From Actinomycetota bacterium (GTDB taxonomy: Bacteria; Actinomycetota; Aquicultoria; Subteraquimicrobiales; UBA9087): a stretch of DNA of 64,000 nt. The notes under the pieces were generated by a model. It saw only the letters and a list, made by a program, of their open reading frames with translations. It had not been told where the DNA came from and did no database searches. The DNA is taken from the NCBI GenBank assembly GCA_030019215.1, contig JASEEZ010000002.1, positions 12,081-76,080 on the forward strand, read 5' to 3'. The number at the start of each line of letters is the position of its first letter. Positions within the stretch are counted from its first letter, which is position 1. Of this stretch, positions 58,908 through 64,000 are shown piece by piece. A program made the translations under genes and the position numbers.

Positions 58908-59246
58908 TCAAGAAAGATTTCTTGGGACATTTCTATTTTCGGTGGAGAAAAATTTGTACTTCTTCTCAAACTGCATCTTGGTGAGCTCGTCCAGATCTTC
59001 CTCGATCTTTTGTCGCCTCCGCTCGACCTTTTCTCTCTTCTTGTAACTTCTCAGAACGTAGCCTTTCCCGCTATCTATATCCACTATCTCCAGGCGATAT
59101 TCCCTGATGCTCTTCCCTTCATATTCCGGATAAGAAAAAAGAATATCATCTCTCCACTCAAATTCCGACGGGATCTCCTCCAGTAATGCTATGACCCGTA
59201 CACGGTAAAAATCCCTTGCCTTACCAAAAACTTTCTTCAAGCCCAA
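58908..59246 (-). CDS. Hypothetical protein (112 aa), last gene of the two-component operon
   Basis: TTG start 4 nt after the stop of the upstream ORF. It has a highly charged C-terminus and no recognised domain. Confidence 0.35.
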   Translation of the reverse strand: MGLKKVFGKARDFYRVRVIALLEEIPSEFEWRDDILFSYPEYEGKSIREYRLEIVDIDSGKGYVLRSYKKREKVERRRQKIEEDLDELTKMQFEKKYKFFSTENRNVPRNLS

Positions 59247-59250
59247 TTCC

Positions 59251-59574
59251 TCACCGAAACTCGTAGTGACAAATGGGGATCTCCCCTTCCCCTTCCAGGA
59301 GTCCCTTCACATACTCTTTTAAGCTCTCGGCGGAGAGAGCTTTTTCACAGGGCAGATTTTCGGAGGAAATGGTGGAGACGATAAATTTGGTTACCAATCT
59401 TTTTCTCGACCCCGCCGTTGGCGGGGTCTCCGCCTCTCCCCTACCAGACTCCACCTCATTTAAATACTTGAGAGCAAAGGCCAAACAATCGGCACAGTGC
59501 AGACAGCCCCGCATGGCATAGCATTCTTGGTTGTAATATTTTCTCGGATCATCGACTCGCCCACCAGCGGGCAT
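59251..59574 (-). CDS. Hypothetical Cys-rich small protein (CYAMRGCLHCADC ... C ... ICH)
   Basis: A 107-aa ORF starting 5 nt downstream of the REC gene stop. It has a possible metal-binding C-x5-C-x2-C-x2-C cluster. Confidence 0.35.
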   Translation of the reverse strand: MPAGGRVDDPRKYYNQECYAMRGCLHCADCLAFALKYLNEVESGRGEAETPPTAGSRKRLVTKFIVSTISSENLPCEKALSAESLKEYVKGLLEGEGEIPICHYEFR

Positions 59575-59579
59575 GGGTA

Positions 59580-59966
59580 TTAATCCTCCTCGAGCTCAGG
59601 AGAACCTAGAATCTTCTTTGCGACCTCGGCTACCTCACCGGGGTGGAAAGGTTTGGGGATGTACGCGGCTATCCTCGGGTCGCCCTTGATCCTCTTCTCA
59701 TAATGACACATGGCCGTAAGGGCCACGATGGGGATGTTCTTATACTCTGATTTCTCCGTAAGAACCTTGTGCACTCCCCACCCATTGAACTTAGGCATCA
59801 TTATATCCAAAATGATCATGTCGGGCTTGCTATCGGCTATTCTCCGAAGGGCTTCCTCGCCATCATAGGCCTCAATTACATCAAAGCCCTCTTTAGACAA
59901 TTTCACCGACACCAGCTTGACGATGGCGGGCTCGTCGTCAACGACGAGCACTTTCTTTCTTGCCAT
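59580..59966 (-). CDS. Single-domain response regulator (CheY-like REC)
   Basis: VLVVDDEPAIV...D, phospho-acceptor context MIILDIMMP, and T/K motifs (ALTA...KPF). Confidence 0.85.
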   Translation of the reverse strand: MARKKVLVVDDEPAIVKLVSVKLSKEGFDVIEAYDGEEALRRIADSKPDMIILDIMMPKFNGWGVHKVLTEKSEYKNIPIVALTAMCHYEKRIKGDPRIAAYIPKPFHPGEVAEVAKKILGSPELEED

Positions 59967-60003
59967 CCAAATTTCCCTCCTGGGGACAAGCCGCCGGGTT
60001 AGT

Positions 60004-60396
60004 TTATTTGTCTCCCACCGGTTTCAATTCTTTAAGAATCTCCTCAATGCCGGAGGCAAATCCCTTCGGGTCGAAGGGCTTACAAATATAGTCGTGGGCT
60101 CCCTTTTGAATACCCATCTGAATCTCCGCTCGCTGGCTCTTCGCGGAGAGCATTACGATGGGAATGGACTTCGTCGCTGGATTCTCTTTCAGTTGTCGGC
60201 AGGCCTCGTAACCATTCATGACGGGCATGACTGCGTCCAAAAGAATCAAATCCGGTTTTTCGGCAATGGCCATATCTATAGCCACCTGCCCATCGCGGGC
60301 AACGATGGTCTCAAAACCCTTCCGCTCCAAAATAAATTTAATCAGATTAACAATGTCCGGCTCATCGTCGACGATAAGGACTTTCCCTTTTGCCAC
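60004..60396 (-). CDS. Single-domain response regulator (CheY-like REC)
   Basis: VLIVDDEPDIV, LILLDAVMP, MLSAKS and KPFDP. Confidence 0.85.
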   Translation of the reverse strand: MAKGKVLIVDDEPDIVNLIKFILERKGFETIVARDGQVAIDMAIAEKPDLILLDAVMPVMNGYEACRQLKENPATKSIPIVMLSAKSQRAEIQMGIQKGAHDYICKPFDPKGFASGIEEILKELKPVGDK

Positions 60397-60399
60397 CTT

Positions 60400-62787
60400 C
60401 TAACCCCCCTCGACTATCTCCTCAATTTTAGAGGCCAGGGTCTCCATGGAAAAACTCTTGGATAGGTGCTCCTCAGCTAGATTTAAAATTTTCGTTTTCG
60501 CCGGATCCAGCTCATAAGCTGTCAGAACGACAATTGGGATTTGGCAGGTCGCCTCGGAGCCCTTCAGCCTCTCAATAACTTGATAGCCATCCATCTCGGG
60601 CATCTTCAAATCGAGAAGCACCAAATCCGGTTTCTCTTTACTTACAGCCTTTATGGCCTCCAGACCATTGAAGGCTCGACAAGTTGCATATCCCTTTTCC
60701 TCAAGAACCCTGCTCATCAGATTGACAATATCGCGTTCATCGTCAACAATCAACACCTTTTTCTTCTTGCGCTTGACGCCGGGTTCTCCAAGAAGATTTC
60801 GTATCACCTTGGTTAACCTTTCGGGATTGATTGGTTTGGGCAAATAGTCAGATGCTCCTAATCTATAGCCCTTATGTTCACCGGAAACGATGGATAGAAT
60901 CACCACCGGTATCGGCTCGGTAACCGGATCCTCCTTCAAGCAATGAAGAACCTCAAATCCATCCATCTTTTCCATCATTATGTCCAGCGTGATCAGATCT
61001 GGTTTTTCCTTCTGCGCTATCCTTAAGGCCTCTTCCCCATCGAAAGCCTTGATAACGGAATAACCCTCCTTCTCTAAGTAAAGTTGGATCAATTTGGCAA
61101 TGTCCGGTTCATCGTCCACTACCAAGATTCTCTTGCCCGGTTTTAAAATCTTCTCAATGGGGAGCTCCTCCGCTTCAGCCTCTTTCAGAGCAAGAGGAAG
61201 AGAAAAACTGAAAGTGCTCCCCTTCCCCACTTCGCTGTCGACCCAAACTCGCCCGCCATGCAAATCCACAATGGTCTTGCAGATAGACAAGCCTAATCCA
61301 CTTCCACCAACCTCCCTCGTTAGGGAACTATCAACCCGGTAAAATTTGGTGAACAAATTTCGCTGATCCGCAGGAGGTATGCCGATTCCCGTATCGGTTA
61401 CACTCGTCGCAAGTTGGCCATCGTGTTCTTCAACATGAATTGAAATTTTCCCACCGGCGGGCGTGAATTTGATAGCATTGCTCAAAAAATTCGCCATCAC
61501 CTGGGCTATTCGATCGTGATCGGCAGCAACAGCAGGCAGATCATTCGGTACGGCAACCTTCAGCTTTAACTTCTTCCGTTCGACCATCGCTCTAAAGGTA
61601 GCCACAATCTCATCGATGATCTCCTCTAGTCGGACCGGTTTTATCCTTAAATGAACTCGCCCCGATTCAATTCGTGAGATATCGAGCAGATCATTGATCA
61701 AAGCGACCAGTCGGTCATTGTTCTGCTTAACGATATCCAAGAACTCACGCTGCAAGTCGTTGATATCCCCGGCATCGCCTTCCAAGATCAGGTCGATGTA
61801 TCCCTTGATGGATGTCAGGGGTGTCCTCAGCTCATGGGAGACGGTGGAAACAAACTCATTTTTCATCTGATCAATTTTTCTCTCCGCCGTAACATCCTGC
61901 AGAGTCTTGACGTGTCCCAGGAAGTTTCCGGCACCATCCAGTATAGGGTTGGTCCTAACCTTCAATATCTTTAACTCCGGTTCGGTGAGGGTTACCTCTT
62001 CAACCGAAGAGATACCAGGCTCAGCAACGACCTTCACGTTTTTTTTGAAGACCTCGCAAGCCTGACAGTTCTCAATCTTATCTCTGTAACTGCCCTGTTT
62101 TTCACCTTGGCAGTAAGTTCCCGAGTAAAGCCAACACCGTAAATCGGAAGAGCTATAAGCAGGGCACTCAGATTGATCACAACTGAGAGATTCCCAACAC
62201 TTCAAGAGTCCCTCCTTCCCAACTTCCCCACCCAACAATGCTGAGATAATGCAAGATTTGCCGATGGCCTCTGAGCCTTTGACTCCCAAAATTGCCTCCG
62301 CGGCGGGGTTCAAATAAGTCAACTGATCATCTCTGTCGAAGAGGAGCAAGCCATCGGGAGAATTCTCGAGAACAGCTTCCGTCCTTCCCCGCTCGCGCTC
62401 CAGAGCAGTGACATCGCTGATGACCAAGATGGCTCCATCTAAAGAACCTCGACCATTCCTAAAGGGGCTCAGGCTTATATTGAGCGCCTTTCCCAAAAAA
62501 TTTCCGATGAAGGAACGGGAGTTTTCATTCTCCAGAACATCCTTCAGGGCGCTGGATAGCCTGCCTGCAGGGCCGAGAAAAACCATGATATCCTTTCCCA
62601 TCGCTCCCGCCCGTGGCTTTCCGAAAATCTTTTCCGCCGCCTCGTTTATGAGAACTATCCTCCGATTTAAATCGGTGACGATGACTCCCTCCGCGAGGCT
62701 AGCAAAAATGGCTCTGATCTTCTCGCTCGATCGCCTGTTGGCCTTGGAATCCTTGCACGCAGATGCTCCTCTGTGTTTCTTTCCCAC
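60400..62787 (-). CDS. Hybrid sensor histidine kinase: PAS x2 (second PAS has a Cys-rich insert), HisKA, HATPase_c, then two C-terminal REC domains; no TM segment
   Basis: H box VSHELRTPL, the N, G1 and G2 boxes (ANFLSNAIKFT, DTGIGIP, GGSGLGLSI), REC1 (ILVVDDEPDIAKL...ITLDIMM) and REC2 (VLIVDDERDIV...VLLDLKMP). Cys motif LKCWESLSCDQSECP. Confidence 0.9.
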   Translation of the reverse strand: MGKKHRGASACKDSKANRRSSEKIRAIFASLAEGVIVTDLNRRIVLINEAAEKIFGKPRAGAMGKDIMVFLGPAGRLSSALKDVLENENSRSFIGNFLGKALNISLSPFRNGRGSLDGAILVISDVTALERERGRTEAVLENSPDGLLLFDRDDQLTYLNPAAEAILGVKGSEAIGKSCIISALLGGEVGKEGLLKCWESLSCDQSECPAYSSSDLRCWLYSGTYCQGEKQGSYRDKIENCQACEVFKKNVKVVAEPGISSVEEVTLTEPELKILKVRTNPILDGAGNFLGHVKTLQDVTAERKIDQMKNEFVSTVSHELRTPLTSIKGYIDLILEGDAGDINDLQREFLDIVKQNNDRLVALINDLLDISRIESGRVHLRIKPVRLEEIIDEIVATFRAMVERKKLKLKVAVPNDLPAVAADHDRIAQVMANFLSNAIKFTPAGGKISIHVEEHDGQLATSVTDTGIGIPPADQRNLFTKFYRVDSSLTREVGGSGLGLSICKTIVDLHGGRVWVDSEVGKGSTFSFSLPLALKEAEAEELPIEKILKPGKRILVVDDEPDIAKLIQLYLEKEGYSVIKAFDGEEALRIAQKEKPDLITLDIMMEKMDGFEVLHCLKEDPVTEPIPVVILSIVSGEHKGYRLGASDYLPKPINPERLTKVIRNLLGEPGVKRKKKKVLIVDDERDIVNLMSRVLEEKGYATCRAFNGLEAIKAVSKEKPDLVLLDLKMPEMDGYQVIERLKGSEATCQIPIVVLTAYELDPAKTKILNLAEEHLSKSFSMETLASKIEEIVEGG

Positions 62788-62883
62788 AAGCTCCTCCTTT
62801 TAACACATTTAAATAAAAACCCCACAGTTTCCGCGAAGGGATTTTCAATCCAAGGGGTGAAACTCCAAAAAACTCAGCAAATC

Positions 62884-63303
62884 CTAAATTTTATTTCTTC
62901 TCTCCGTTTTCTCTCCCGACCTCTCAATCTTTTTCTCACTCAATACTTTCCTCACGCTACTGACGAGTTCATCGAAGTCGAAGGGTTTAGTTATATAGTC
63001 CCTTACCCCTGCCCAAAGGGATTTGAACTGTTCGTCGAACTCATTTAAAGCAGTTAACATAATAACAGGGATGTCCCTGTATTCGGGATTTGCCTTAAGT
63101 CTCTCATTGACCTCCCAACCATTCATGCCGGGCATCATTATATCCAGAATGATCAAGTCAGGCTTACTGCTGGCCACCATTTTTATGGCTGCCTCACCGT
63201 TATGGGCCTCGACGACTTCAAAGCCCTCCCTCATCAGCTTCAACCGTATCAATGCAACGATATCCGGTTCATCGTCCACCACAAGGATTCTCTTCATCTC
63301 CAC
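62884..63303 (-). CDS. Single-domain response regulator (CheY-like REC)
   Basis: ILVVDDEPDIV, IILDIMMP, MLTA and KPFD. Confidence 0.85.
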   Translation of the reverse strand: MEMKRILVVDDEPDIVALIRLKLMREGFEVVEAHNGEAAIKMVASSKPDLIILDIMMPGMNGWEVNERLKANPEYRDIPVIMLTALNEFDEQFKSLWAGVRDYITKPFDFDELVSSVRKVLSEKKIERSGEKTERRNKI

Positions 63304-63306
63304 ACC

Positions 63307-63699
63307 TCAAGCATGGATATGCTGTCTATGTTCCTCAATGATCTTTGCGACCCTGGCAACTATCTCTTTCGGATCAAAGGGTTTACAGATATACTCTATG
63401 GCTCCCATCTCGAGACCCTCTTTTATCTCTGTCTTCTGGCTCTTGGCGGAGAGCATAGCAACCGGAATGCCTCTAGTTTTGGAGTTTTTTTTCAAACGAC
63501 GACAAACTTCCAACCCATTCACCACCGGCATGAGAACATCGAGAAGAATCAAATCGGGTATTTGCTCTTCCGCCAGGCCAACCACAGCTTCACCATTGTG
63601 TACACTGATTACGTCGAATCCCTTTCGCCTAAGAACAAACTCGAGTAACCTCACAATGTCCGGTTCATCATCGGCGATAAGAATCTTACCGATCGCCAC
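63307..63699 (-). CDS. Single-domain response regulator (CheY-like REC)
   Basis: ILIADDEPDIV, ILLDVLMP, MLSAKS and KPFDP. Its start overlaps the upstream gene end by 14 nt. Confidence 0.85.
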   Translation of the reverse strand: MAIGKILIADDEPDIVRLLEFVLRRKGFDVISVHNGEAVVGLAEEQIPDLILLDVLMPVVNGLEVCRRLKKNSKTRGIPVAMLSAKSQKTEIKEGLEMGAIEYICKPFDPKEIVARVAKIIEEHRQHIHA

Positions 63700-64000
63700 G
63701 TGACTGCCTCTCCCTCATTAAATCACGGATCTTGGATGTTAATATTCTCATCGAAAAGGGCTTTGACAGCTGTTCGGCAGTTAAATTAAGGATTTCCGTC
63801 TTGCTCTCATCGAAATCGTAGGCGGTCATGACAATGATTGGGATTTGACTGGTCTTGTCGTGCTTCTTCAACACCTCGATCACCTGGTAGCCATTTACAT
63901 TGGGCATCCTCAAATCCAGCAGCATGAGATCGGGTACCTCGCTCTTAGCCACCCTTATTCCCTCGTCCCCATCGTAGGCCTTAAGGACAGTAAAACCTTT
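63686..64000 (-). CDS. 3' end of a gene whose product ends in a REC domain (partial; continues beyond window)
   Basis: The frame is open to the window edge (...KGFTVLKAYDGDEGIRVAKSEVPDLMLLDLRMP...). This C-terminal REC closely resembles REC2 of the hybrid kinase, including the ending ILNL.AE.LSK.FSM..L.SKI. Confidence 0.7.
   Translation of the reverse strand, partial: KGFTVLKAYDGDEGIRVAKSEVPDLMLLDLRMPNVNGYQVIEVLKKHDKTSQIPIIVMTAYDFDESKTEILNLTAEQLSKPFSMRILTSKIRDLMRERQSRGDR

Noticed and set aside
59251-59574. Fusion of the Cys-rich ORF with the downstream 112-aa ORF by frameshift
   Set aside because: Reading all three frames across 59240-59260 shows no continuous alternative frame joining them. 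I kept them as two separate low-confidence ORFs.
63023-63703. Plus-strand ORFs of 226 and 148 aa across the REC genes
   Set aside because: They are antisense to four well-supported receiver genes. Their products are Ser/Leu-rich low-complexity sequences.

Overview
This is a 64-kb chromosomal segment of about 50% GC, densely packed with housekeeping genes, mostly on the + strand. Gene order follows the Bacillus subtilis-type layout almost gene for gene. It runs rimP-nusA-ylxR-infB-DUF503(ylxP)-rbfA-nrnA-truB-ribF-rpsO-pnp-M16 peptidase-dapB-dapA-rnj-uppP-ftsK-rodZ, then pgsA-cinA-recA-recX-rny-spoVS-miaB, then miaA-dapF-dapL-hflX, then lexA/nrdR-nrdD-grx-nrdG-dut-ade. Together with spoVS, a perfect Cheo-type LexA box at recA, and an oxygen-free gene repertoire (class III RNR nrdDG, LL-DAP aminotransferase), this points to an anaerobic Firmicutes-like (Bacillota/Clostridia-type) organism. 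I could not run any database search. I recognised no rRNA, tRNA, CRISPR array or IS/transposase gene.

The window ends in an unusually dense two-component cluster on the minus strand, from 59.5 kb to the edge. It holds four stand-alone CheY-like receiver proteins, a hybrid histidine kinase with two extra C-terminal receivers, and a further receiver-ending gene truncated at 64000. The kinase PAS domain shares a Cys motif (K-C-W/Y ... C-x2-3-C-P) with both PAS domains of a diguanylate cyclase 16 kb away. This cluster is my best candidate for an undescribed signalling system.

Other observations:
- A roughly 96-bp MITE-like element with 17-bp terminal inverted repeats occurs in two inverted copies.
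- A second repeat family, (CTCTAAG)n followed by a conserved tail, flanks the AMMECR1 gene, with a third partial copy elsewhere.
- Several intergenic spacers are mosaics of short tandem 7-14-mers; the 570-bp rnj-uppP spacer is the extreme case.
- rimO and the PAS-GGDEF gene each carry a single-base homopolymer frameshift.
- Three genes (dapF, hflX, rny) have conserved N-termini extending upstream of any canonical start codon.
- A promoter with a LexA box sits between lexA and nrdR, followed by tandem NrdR boxes spaced 32 bp apart.
- NrdD overlaps a glutaredoxin-like ORF by 74 nt.
- A His/Glu-repeat membrane protein sits next to a glutamine amidotransferase.
- There is a 730-bp low-GC non-coding island.
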